The notes below the pieces were generated by a model that made no database searches, was not told where the DNA came from, and saw only the letters and a program-made list of their open reading frames with translations. The position numbers and the translations under genes were made by a program. DNA of 64,000 nucleotides, from the NCBI RefSeq assembly GCF_964204645.1, contig NC_134026.1:21982150-22046149 (forward strand), written 5' to 3'. The DNA comes from Tubulanus polymorphus (Eukaryota; Animalia; Nemertea). Position 1 is the stretch's first letter; each line of letters opens with the position of its first letter. Shown piece after piece: positions 27,252-39,592 of the stretch.

Positions 27252-27974
27252 ATCATTACATCACCGCTCCGCGGTATTCTTGAAGACTAAAAGCAAACAC
27301 AGATGACGGTGAACATAAGAATCTCTCGACTCGGTTTTTTTTACGATTACGATACCAATGGTGCATCGCGACAGTCGCATGTAGCAACGAAACCATCTAC
27401 TACACACATCATCGTTCGGTAATGAATGTCCGAAAAAGCAGGACACACAGATGACTGTTTTCCCAAAGAAGCAGTACGCACTCGTATGAACCATCATCTC
27501 CAAGAGTGTGGCGATGGGAAAATACCGTAGTCGTCTTGACGATTCGAGAAATTATGCCACCGTTCCTATTTCAGCTTCGATGAAGTGTTCAGCAAGCATG
27601 GCAAAGCGTAGTTGTTTTTCCATCAGCAGCAAAAAATTTCGAAACCCAAGAACGATTTCAACATGAAGGTTTATGCGATTACTACGAAGGCAATTAGACC
27701 ACGAAACACAATTTCCTGTCATGGCACGAGTTATTGCTAGAGCATAGCACAAATGTGCGGAAGCCGAGCGACTTAAACTGAGCGACGGGTTTGAAAGGGA
27801 AAAGAAGAAGTTTTTTGATTGCTTTTATCATTGCATAAGAAACTTATGGGGGAAAAATTCAGAAATTCTAGTGAAGAAATGGTCAACTAAGGAAGTAGGA
27901 ATATTTCTAGTAGATTGATCAAAATTGTACATTGCCACAGACAATCTAAAGCTACGCTAGCAATACCTCTCAGC

Positions 27975-28517
27975 CGAAATATGGAGGCTCTACAAATATG
28001 GCAATGGCAGCCAACTTGGATGACCTACATCGGCCAAACACCATATTATATAGGGCTCATCTTCCCTCCATCTATAATCAATATACCAATCTATGAGAAA
28101 ATGGAAGAACATTGAGACTATATACGGACGGAAACAAAGGTCCATTTTCACACAAAAATATCGCTGTGGCAGCCATCTTGGATGATCATCATAGGTCAAA
28201 ACCAATATTGCTTATCTTCCTCCCGCTGCAAAGCCCAAATACAAAGTTAAAAGAAGATCAGTTATCAAAACTGAAGACTGTAGGGCGGTAACAAGGTCCA
28301 TGCATATTTCACGAACTCCGTTCTGGTGGCCACCTTGGATAACCTACATATATAAGTCTACAGCAATACAGTACGTCCTCCTCACATCCATCAAACCTAC
28401 CAAGTGATAAGAAAACTGAAAGCTGTAGACAGTAGAACAGGCTCTTACTGGACCCCCAGAGGGATGGCCAAAGGTGACGAAAATACCCCGCAAGGCCTAT
28501 CAGCCTAAGGGTAAAAA
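27975..28517 (+). mobile_element. Helentron/DINE-like non-autonomous repeat remnant
   Basis: Internal repeats of ggcagccatcttggat-gacc-tacat. 3' stem-loop taccc..aggc-ctatca-gcct..gggta followed by an A-run. Confidence 0.5.
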
Positions 28518-29016
28518 TGAATTTTTGACATTAGTTTCATAACAATAAAAAAAGGTGACAAATAATACTTCCAGCGCAGAGAAACAAAAAAATGAGTGCA
28601 TCTTCAATGAGTCAGTCTATCAGCAACGCATAAGGTATAAAGTGGCGAAAATCATCGAAGCCTAGAGTTCAGGCATCTCGATTGCTGTAAAATAACACTA
28701 AAACACTTGAACGGGAACCTCCCAACGGAATGTGTATGACAATAATTACGAAGACGCGACCATATTTCATTTATCGTCTAGCGATATCGGTTGTCAACAT
28801 CGGCCACATCGGAAGCAGTTTCTTGTTGATTTATCATAACAAGGCTGTAATGACTTCTAAGTGCAGTCGGCGAGGCAAGCATCCATTACGAACAGCAATT
28901 TGCTCTTAGGACAATAATTCAAGACTGGAGTGGCAAAATCTACAACCACCTGCTTCAGTAAACGGATGAATAGACCCGCTCCGGCTTTCACCTGTAGCTG
29001 TACAATAGTTCTAATA

Positions 29017-29377
29017 AACCTCGTCTACACTAGCGCGTTGTACCCAGGTTTCAACGTACCCGGGTTCAATGAAAACCCGAGTTCGGGGTGAGTAGCGTCT
29101 ACACTTAACACAGTTACGATTTTAAGAATCAACATCTGTAGTGCAAGTTCAATGTCAATTATGGCACCCGAACCCTGCACTGTATGAACGCGGGTTCACT
29201 CTCTACACTAGTAAAAAACGCGGAGTTTTAGGCGAACGCAGGTTCAATGAGTGTACCCTTCTTTTTCAAGAAGATTTTCTAAAACCCGGGTTTTGCGGAA
29301 AACCCTGCATTGAACCTGTAGTTCGAGCGTAGTGGAGACGCATAACCCGGGTACAAAATGCTAGTGTAGACGTATCT
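29017..29377. mobile_element. MITE with cgtctacactagc TIRs
   Basis: cgtctacactagc..ttgtacccaggtt versus aacccgggtacaaa..gctagtgtagacg. Internal aacccg(g/c)g sub-repeats. Confidence 0.8.
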
Positions 29378-31392
29378 AAAGTTCGCACAAGTCTCTGCCA
29401 ACTATCGATTGGAAGAAGCCCCCGATGATACCAGTGGATTTATCCGGCGAGCTCAATACAGACTGTATCACGGTGTCAGCTGAATCTACAAGGTTACACC
29501 GGATAAAATACCAGTTGTCGCATAGTTCGACGAGAGATTCATACCGGTCGCGAATACCAACTAGGGTTACGTTAATCGGGGTTTCTTTTTTCAAGCGCAT
29601 GCCGATGATTCCGTCGCTGTAATTGACGAAAAACGACATAACACGGCACTATTCATCGAAATTCGTGAATAGGGACGATATTCGAAACAACACGCCAGTC
29701 TGCAATGCCCAGCGGCAATGTCAGTGACTCTCTCGTCTAATAAGCCGGCAAATATGTATAGATCCTCGCGCAAGGATTCGTCGGCGAGAAATTCACGACC
29801 GGCGACTATTTGATCGCACCTGGTCGACAATCACATCAAAGAGCGCGGAGGAAAAAATGACCACAGTCAAAGCAACACATTCGCATATCGAGATGAATAG
29901 ATCGAATGACCAATTTGATCATCAAGACAAGTAATAAAAGTATGAAATATATTCTTTTATCTCTCGATGATCAAATTCGATACTCATTTTTCTATATCAT
30001 TATAGATATCTAGGCCTATAGTGATTAAAAATGAGTTGGTAATCTTGGTTTATCTTCATTTTCAATAGGCAATTGGCAGTATATATGCCTATAAGTCGAG
30101 TAATGACCCTCACTTGGTTTAAACATATCGTGCCCATTCATATATTCATATGCTCAGATACATATTCACAGTGTCTCTACTTTGCCATTGTTTTGTTCTG
30201 CCAGCGATGGAGGGAAATGTCGCTGATTGTTGATATGCCAGCGACATCGGACCCTTCGCCGTCGGTATTCAGGCCCGTTGATTGACGTATCAATACGTGG
30301 CCATCAAATTCGACATGTAAGCGAAACCTCAGGAAGCATTCGGACACCGGGGCATATTCATAGCGCTTCTATTTCGCTAGCTCTTTGCAATTGACAAGGG
30401 AGTAATGGCCGCACGTGATCAGGGTTTAACATCAGGCAAACATCAATTAGGGCAGTTTTAACATATATAGCGCCGACAATCCGGCTGGCAGCATTTAGGG
30501 TTTAACATTCGTATTATCATCGATAACACCAGTAATCTTTTTCTATAGACAAAAAACCTGCTCGTTCATTCGGGAAATGGAGTTTCTGCCGAGAATAATG
30601 CATTATCCACAACCACCAGTGACAGACACTACAATTATGACGACGACGACGACGACTACAACATCAGATTCCAGGGTTGCTTCGCTCAGAGGTTCGAAGT
30701 TAATCCTCTATATACGGAGAAACTCGCTGCCAATAGCCGAAGGTGCAACATTCATTGACGTATGAAATTCACTGAAGACATCTATACCAAAACAAAAATG
30801 AGTTGGTTATCTGGGTTTAGCAACAAATTACAATCAGCAATCGGCGAAATATCAGATCGAGCTATTAGATCGAGCGATGACCCTCTCTCAGCTTTCATTT
30901 GAACATGAGAAGTCATGATCGCACCATAGTACCCTGTAGCCGAAATTACAATTCTTAGAATCGAAATCTGAATCAGACAAGACCGTGGCTATCTGTAGGG
31001 GATATACTATCAGCGCCAAGTTTCAGAGAAATGGAAATGTGACAATCTGCGATATCAACAAATCAACATGACTGCCAGCCATTCTTGGAATGCAAATGAC
31101 TTTTGTCTAATCAAGAGGTGACTTGACAGCAATGCCTAATTAGCAGCATCTGACCTGAGGAGATAAAACGGCCAGGGAACGGAGACAACAATTCCAGCTG
31201 GATACACATTCAAACGCCTCCCCCAAGTGTCGTTGGAATTCGATACTGTCGATTTCAGTGGCATCAATTCCGAAAATCGATGGCGACAGAAACTACAGAT
31301 AATGATGTTATCGCAAAAATGTAAAAAATAACTACATTTTCTCAGGACTTACTGAGAAAAATAAAAGACTAATTGTGCCCTAATTTTAAGGT

Positions 31393-31790
31393 GACAAGCC
31401 GTAGGCGACAACGGTTCTCGGGCTCACACTCAAACTCGAACTCAAACTCTGCAATTACCATGCATTAGTTTCCATTACTTTATGAACATGTTGTACCTTG
31501 GGCCAAGAGCTAAATTTTGTTCAGACAAATTTTAGAATTTCGACCCCATTTTTGAGTTATGATGTCATTTCTTAGATCATGTTTCAAAAAACAGATTTTA
31601 GTGCCTAGTTCTGCCACTGGGCCCATTCGAAGCCCTGCATAACTTGATCCCGACACCAACATGGTACCCAAGCTTCATCAAGATGGGCCCACTTTTAACG
31701 AAGCTAAGTAGCCGTAAGACAGACAGAGACAAACAGACAGACAGGCAGTATAAAAATAAGAGTCTCACGGAAGCCCTGGAACCAAACATA
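31393..31790 (+). mobile_element. Helentron/DINE-like non-autonomous repeat remnant
   Basis: acaagccgtaggc start, accaagcttcatcaagat block and a (GACA)n tract at ~31718-31744 near the 3' end. Confidence 0.5.
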
Positions 31791-33573
31791 TTGTCTCATC
31801 AAAGTTCACATTTCTATGGAGCATAGCAGTAATGCCTTTCGAGGCTATTTACGATGAGACAACCTTGTTATTCCTTGTTATGATTTCATAATTCATCATA
31901 ACACTAATTACCTACTATGAAGCCGACTTTATTATGCATCCCTATCACCTATCACGCATAGGCTCTCAAAATGCTGACACTGTAAACAAACTTGGTATTA
32001 CCTAAAGGAAGGCCCATTTCCTGAAAATATGTCGCTTAATTGAAACTGCATGTGTGTTCGCATCTCCTGGCCCATGAATGAAGTGGTTTTAGCCTTCATT
32101 CATCCTACACTTATAGTTCAGCACACTCAAATTTACGACAAAATTCGAGTAAACAATTTTTCATAGTACATGTACTTTTTTCTGCATTATGAACAAAAAA
32201 TCTTTCACCTTAAAACAATGAAAATTTTTTTTGTGGACCATTTTTGTGAAAGCAACCCAACCAAAATATCAGAGGTTTCATCATAATTTGGTACAATTTA
32301 TGGTATCCAACTGACTGGATGATACCTGACTGACCACAGATAAGCCCGAGCGATAAGCCTGATGGATAATCATATCGATCCATATAAATCGGAGAGCTAT
32401 CAGAAATGATGTAATAAAACATTGATCTTGCCCGTATCCGGCTATTGACATTTAGACAATTGTCGTAACGCACCATTAATCAATGAGCCCCATGGGAAAC
32501 TTTCTAGTTGTTTCTCGGAATAACATCATTCATTACACGCTACTCTCTCCCTCTCCCTCTCCCTCGCTCTCCTGCAGTTAATGATGTCATAAATTTAATA
32601 AAAGAACTACAATCGAAATATATTATCAACTTCATATAGGAGATATAAATCAGCGGTGCAATACACGCAAAGCCTCACTCGTTGTAATAGATCGAAAGGT
32701 ACTGAAATGAACAGCATTTACGAGCAAAATGAACTGATCACTGATCATAGGCAGGCTTATAGTATATATCAAATTTCGCAAAAGCACCAGAGTTACTCGC
32801 AGCTGCAAGGGCTTTCCTTATGCAATAAAATCAAAGATCATTTTAACGGTTAGCTGGAGCAGTGCATGTTAAACGACAACTTATGAGGTAAAAGTTAGAA
32901 AATTCATCAAATTTCTTGAATTTTTTGGTCCATTTTTGCAACAGATTCAATGACAAGAAAAGGTACTTTCTGACTTTCAGAAGTACACAAACTTCTAACA
33001 GCTGGTGGAGCTAAATAAATACAGTAGACTACCCTAGCCCGTTCAACTTGGAAATATTTTTGTGAGAATATTTATGAAATACATAAGATCCAACTCAGAT
33101 ATAAAGTCAGACACAATGTTACACTCTCAAAGGGTCCAACTTGAGCGGAGTCAACTGTATATACATTCTACTCTGGATCATCTGCAGACAGGTCGGCCTG
33201 ACATCTATCAGGAAATTGAAGAGTGATTCCACCAGGAATGGTGCTGCTCTCTTTCCGAGTAGTTTCAATAATTCATTCGCAGATATGACACAGTTGTCTC
33301 GTACCTGTACCAACAGATGTCTCTGCAGTACAAAAAGAAACGGAAAGACGTCTGGCGGCAATCCAAGCACCATGATTTGGTCATAAGAAACAGAAATTCA
33401 ATCATTTGCAAATAGTAGATTAATAATAAGGCATTCATCTTTTGCAATATATATGTTTGCGTGGTCATAAATGAGTTACTATTTCAATTCCATAAAAAAG
33501 GTGTCTTTGAATGGGAAATACGAATTTATCATGTCTATGCAACATAGAAATCTCGCAAAAACCACAAACCTCG

Positions 33574-33826
33574 CAATGGCAGATCCAGAAGGGGCACACC
33601 CGACGTGCGCCCCCTCTTTGTTTTCGGCCGACCAAAGATTTCAAAAACATATCTATTTTCTAAATGAGAATCGTTATGATTTAGACACGAAATTATCTTT
33701 TGAAATTTTTAGCAAAAAGGTTGGATGCTTCACCATCCTGTACTGCGTATCCGACTATCACAGTTCTTAATTGGTCCATTTGCGCACCCCCCCCCCCCCA
33801 TTCTCAAAATCCAGGATCCGTCCCTG
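33574..33826. mobile_element. hAT-like MITE
   Basis: Termini caatggcagatccag / caggatccgtccctg, of the CAGGGGCGGATCCAG type, with subterminal gcgcccc motifs. TSD not clean. Confidence 0.7.
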
Positions 33827-34494
33827 ATGAACTCGGATACAATTCATCAGATATAACAGTAACAGCGGAATAATAAGTAAGACAATTAAATAAATCTTAT
33901 ACTGGATATAACGAAAGCATATATCCTGTTCTTGTTACTAGTTTACTATAGCTGGATGTAAGTAACTTTATTTCAAATCTCATAGTCAGCATATTAAAAT
34001 TGTGACAAAAATGAGTCCCGATACTAAAGGCATACCACAAGGACTGGCATAACTGATAACGAATTGGTGATGAATCAATCAAAATAAAAGCATCGTTAGC
34101 GTAATTGCCCACCTCGCCAATAGAAATTATGATCGCAGGGCAATGCTTTTAATCAAGATATATCGAAAATGTAACCAAACAATATGGTAAAACAATATGG
34201 AGACAATGTTTTAATGCTTAATTCCGGGATGCATTAATTTATGATAGTTTAGGTGCGGGGTATATGTCAGCTGTATTACATCAAATATACAAGATAATCA
34301 TGTCAACAATGATTCTACAATTTTGAAATCGAACATGAGTATTTTCATTGAGAATTGCACATGTTTGTTTGACTAAATAAACATTCTGAAACACAAATCT
34401 TTAATGGGTGGACCAAATAAGAATAACATAGGTCCTTCACAGTTCTGGCAAGGGGTAAGCCATGATCGTAAGAGCATTTCCTAACAAATAAGGC

Positions 34495-34647
34495 ATGTGC
34501 CAGATAAGGCCTGGACCAAATTTTAAGTATGGGTCAAATTAGTCCATGAAAATGCTATTATATTTACCGGGGGATTTTTACCTGTTACCGGCAAAATCAA
34601 GTCTAGTCTGACCCGGTCCAAATCGTTTGAGTTTGATTGCGGCTGTA
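34495..34647 (-). mobile_element. MITE family A-related degenerate fragment
   Basis: ggcctggaccaaatttt and tgacccggtccaaatcgt...gattgcggctgta match family A ends. Confidence 0.5.
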
Positions 34648-35025
34648 GTAGTAAGAAGCAAGCAACGGCCACCATCGCCTGTGTGTACATATTATAATTC
34701 AATCAGTACGATGGGTAATATCTCGCTTGATTTAATTTACAGCGGATACCTTAAGCTAGATGTTAGTCGGAGTCAATTCGAACTTCGTGTAACGAACAGA
34801 ACCGAACTGAGGATGATGCACGAATGATCGGAGACAAGAGCTTACATACATACGCGCGATTAGATTAGACGTAGGCTTTACACAGTTATGAATACAACAT
34901 CATCGAGGAAGACTAATAGTATGAAAAATTGCTAAAAAAATCATATCGATCAAACCAGCTTACGCATTTACTCCAGGTAGTGTAGTGTAGAAAAACCTAC
35001 AACATTAAATTAAGGACAGAGATAA

Positions 35026-35200
35026 AAGCGGCGATCACAAGAGGATTTTTACCATGGGGATTTTTACCTAAGGGATTTTCACCCAGGGGATTTTTACCAC
35101 TAACCGATTTCAGTACGGTACTAAGAGTTCACACGGTTAATATTATCAAAAACCGCACCAAAAACCCGATCTCAGTACGGTATTGAGCTGACCGCGTATT
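35026..35200. mobile_element. MITE fragment with ggatttttacc sub-repeats
   Basis: agcggcgatcaca terminus similar to family A, four ggatttt(t/c)acc units and a duplicated ccgat(t/c)tcagtacggta. Confidence 0.55.
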
Positions 35201-37009
35201 GTATCGGGGGGGGGGGGGGGGTGGATGAGTGCCATTTATTCATGCACGTGTCAGGTTTTACCCATTTCTAACCTAAGAAGCCACTAAAAAGAAAGAAGAT
35301 ATATAGACCATTTTGGCCAGGTTCTTACATCATAAGCATTAGTTTATCAATGATTTCACATAAGAACTGTCGAAAGAAAAGAACTGTTTTTACAGCATTA
35401 ATGGTAGCCGAGCTATTGTCCTACATAAACAATTTCAGCTCGAAGCTGTTCCTTTAAAAAGAAGAAGAAAGACGATCGTCGACTACTTTTTCCCTCGCGG
35501 GGAACAACAGCCACGTCGCCAAAGATTGGGACACATTAGGGCCTAATCTTATTACGTAGTACCTTGATCACGTTTTCCTGAATGCACACTACCGAGTTCA
35601 ATTCAATTACGTTTACATTTTGTATACGAAATGAACCGAAAACATTGTAGATTAAGTAGCCACCTAAAACATACCCATGAATGGATCTGTTTAGATAAGA
35701 GAGATGACTGCATGAACATCTTAAATGACTTTTGTCAGGGGTATAAACAACATTCTGACATTAGCCTCTCATTCATCTTCATCCCGAAATAAAAGCTTCC
35801 GCGGAGATCTGGAGACCAACCAACGAACGTCATTAGCCAAAACAATCGAAACAACAGGCTGTGTCAGTAAATTAGATTTGCCCGTAGTTTGGCGGCGCGA
35901 CAAAGGAAGACACCCAGAATGACCACACCGATTGAGCCAATTATCTTATATGTCTGATAGTGCTGAAGTCGATAACCAATGCCATATAAAGAGTTTACAA
36001 AAACAAATTGCACCGACACAGACCAGCAGGAAGCCTACTGGCTAAGCTAACCTTAGACCTGGGTTAACGCAGTATGGAACCTATGTCTAGACTAAAATGC
36101 TGAAGCGGGCGATATTTTTGATAGCTGCGTTCACACTACAAAATCTCCTACAGGTCACAGAGAATCGGATATCTATTGTTTTGAAAACGTCCTAAAATTT
36201 ACCATTGATTGTTGAGTTATCATTAAGATATGTCATTACTATCATTACTATGTCATCTTCAGGAATGAAGATCTTTAAGATATAAGTTTAGAATGGACTA
36301 ATTAGTGGTAGTCAACGTGGCTTTACTTGGAAGGTGAAAGTCATGCAGCGCCCATTACAAGATTTCTTTCAGGTGGTAAGAGCTATGGTAAACCGTGGAC
36401 TCTAAAACGATTTAGAGTCCATGGGTACACTAGCCGGAAAAGCACACTGTCTTAGACTTAACCTGAGCCAGAATCATTTATCACGCACAATGCCGTGAAA
36501 TCTACACCCACCAGAAGACACCAAAAACGCATCAAATGTCGACAATAAATGAACTTGATTGATTCCGTACGCAATAATTTAGTGACACAGATAGGTGGTA
36601 GGCGTTTGGGTCGTAAACCTTCCTTCGAAGCTCTCACATGAGATGAAGCAGGCTACCGGCGAAGCCTTTTGCATCAGATACTAAGCAGGTTTACAAAACT
36701 GTGATATATATTTTTGTATTAATCAAAACTGTTGCGGCGTGAAGGTGATTATCTGCGATTATCTACGAGAGCGAAGTTCCGCTGCGTACGAGTCGATGGC
36801 AGAATTTACAGCGACCATGATGCAGGTCGTTCATCTGTGTACGAGATACAAAATACATATTATCATCACATATCATATATTTAGCAGGACTTGGACCACA
36901 ACCTAAAACTAGAGCTGCATTAACAATACCACTCGGCCGATGAATTTTTTTTTTCACATAAAATGGTTAAGGCTGCTTCAGAAACTGTACCCTGCAGAAC
37001 AGGGACAGG

Positions 37010-37500
37010 GTATTATTTGACCCTATAAGACTTCTAGACAGACGTCCGTTCGTATGGCCCCTTATCATCATTCCATACATGTTACATGCAAATATGAAGG
37101 CCGTCTACTACACAAACTGCATTATGTATGACAGGAACAATGTATTTTGATAATTCAATACGGCCACCAGGCAGCCATCTTGTACGTGGATTTAACTGGA
37201 ATTGATAAAGATCGTCACTTTCGAGCCACATACCCATTTTGTAGCGAAGGATGTGAAGAACAGTACTCTCCAGGATGGGTAAGTGGTTTTTGAAAATCCA
37301 ATATGTCTGCCAGTCAGCCATCCTGAATGCACTTATAACCGAAATTGTCAGTGATTTTTTATCTGCATACCAACATCTTTCATGTTACAACGAACGATCT
37401 ACTTTGGATACTGAACCAGGGAACAGTATGAGAATCTAAACCGCCATCTTGAAGAAAACTATGACCAAAATTATAAGACATCTTTAGCTGCATAGCATGC
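37010..37500. mobile_element. Helentron/DINE-like repeat remnant
   Basis: Repeated cagccatctt(g) blocks as at 27975-28517 and ~31075, plus an agacagacg tract. Confidence 0.4.
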
Positions 37501-39389
37501 TCCTTTGATATTAATATTAAGGCATTACTTCAAAAACTGCATTCCATATGCTATGAACTAGAACAAAACTTTAACCCTTCAGATTCCATGTATCATATGG
37601 GGACGTTCTTAGAATGCCTATTAAGCGCAACACCTGTGGATGGACACGTAAGTGTTTCAATCATTCCAATTATTATCTGTCGGAATGTGAGCAATCGGCG
37701 GCACATACGAGATTTCAGAATGAGGCTTATCAGACCACGACTGGGATACCTGTGGATCTGATGGTTAATTAAGTAAGTGTCTCGCCCCCTAAAATGACAA
37801 ACAAATCTAGTCAAGTTTTTGCTATGACACCCGTTTACAAGGTGGCTCTGCTTTTTACGCAATGAATTGAAACTTGACAACCGTCGTCTATAAATAATGA
37901 ACACCAAACAATGTATACAAGCTCTCTGCACCCCATTTTCCATTACCTCTGTACGTTATTGTACTAACTGTCCCCATTACCCACCACCCTACTGGCTCAA
38001 GCTCCACCACTGCCTTAACTTTCTCATCCAGAACTCTAAATCAATCTTCATCCTTGAAATTCCATCCCACTGCCAACTTAAAAGTTCACTCCCTCTCTGC
38101 TCATTCCCTCGCCATGTTTTGTCACAATCATTTTCTATCATGTTATTGGTAAAACAATTACTTTTATAATATCAACAAATCATATTTCAAGTATGCTTTA
38201 TTGGCTACAAATGAAATATTATCAAAATTACAATGAGAGTAACGGAATTTCCAGTAAAACCCTTCATAATACATCGTATAACCACTTACTGAAATAGTCA
38301 AACATATGATAAACTACCAGTTTCCTCTTATAGCAAACATTTCATACCCTGCAATGGAATTTCGGGATGAAAAGTGATACCATTCATTCCTAATCGTCAA
38401 TTGCTAGAAATTGCCTGCTCACACATCAGTTTCGTTCCTCAAAGGATGTCATTTATATCTCAACCCAGTCAACATAAATCACCATGTGATGTCGATGTGA
38501 CATGTGCCAAATAGTGAATATCAGTTACCAAACGAATGATTTATATCTACAAGACAATGTTTAAACTCGTACAGTCTTCTACATCTGGGAAAATGCACTA
38601 GTTCATGCTCCCGATCAAGCTTTGAAATAGTTGCAGTGTATTGTACAATAGGTTGATACATAATATGAACGAAAAAATAAATGAGCATTCTTTGAGATTT
38701 ACGCAGCGCATCTTCACACAGGTAGTAGAGACCCGTTAATATGGCTAAGTATTGCAGGAAATTCAATTAGAAAATCGTTTTGGGAAATCATTAGAAAGCG
38801 TCCAGATTGAACCATATGGCCGATGTTCATGTCTTGATTAGATTTCAATCGGCCGATCGATGAAATAGATTTTCGATTTTCTAAGATCTATAGCGCGTCG
38901 GCTGTTGACAAGCTGTTCACGATGAGGTAGATATTGATTCCGTAGTCAATGATTATGTTCAAAAGGTTGTCAACTTTCTAGTGAACCGGTGAATGCAGCG
39001 ATTCTTCCATCCGTTTCCCAAAGATTCGTCAACATCGATCTCGGTAGCGATCATCTTCGCGACGTTTATCTTGTAGTGAGTTCACTAAGGCCAAGGTCCT
39101 CTATTGATCTCAAATAGAGTATCATAAAAAACCTACTTCAACTCTGATGTGACTCGACAAACACTAACTCCGTGTTTGCTTGGTAAAAATATGTCGCCAG
39201 TCTATAAGAAGTTCAAGCCTGTCAATATGCTTATCACATCTATGCTAGACAATGCACCAATAGCATTCCATTATTTGAAAACTGGATGTTTTAAAAACAA
39301 CTAAGCTGCCTTTCTGTTGAAATCAAACCCTGAACTTAGTGGCAATTGCATGAGCGTATTAATTGGCCTGTGCGAAATAAAGCACAGAA

Positions 39390-39592
39390 CAACCATTCAC
39401 ACAGGTGCCAAATGGGCCCAAGCCTGTTTGGCCCAGGCAAGAGCCAAATTTCAGCACAGGTCAAATTATTCCATGTGTATTGCTACTAGTTCCAGAAGTC
39501 TCACTTTGCTTTGTTTAATTAAGAATTGTTTAGTATCTAGCGGATGGTTTGCATGTGAACACGCTCCCTAATTAGGCCAAATTTGACGGCTT
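39390..39592 (-). mobile_element. MITE family A, partial
   Basis: ttcacacaggtgccaaatgggcccaagcctgtttggccc...ttgtttagtatc...cctaattaggccaaatttg. Confidence 0.8.
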
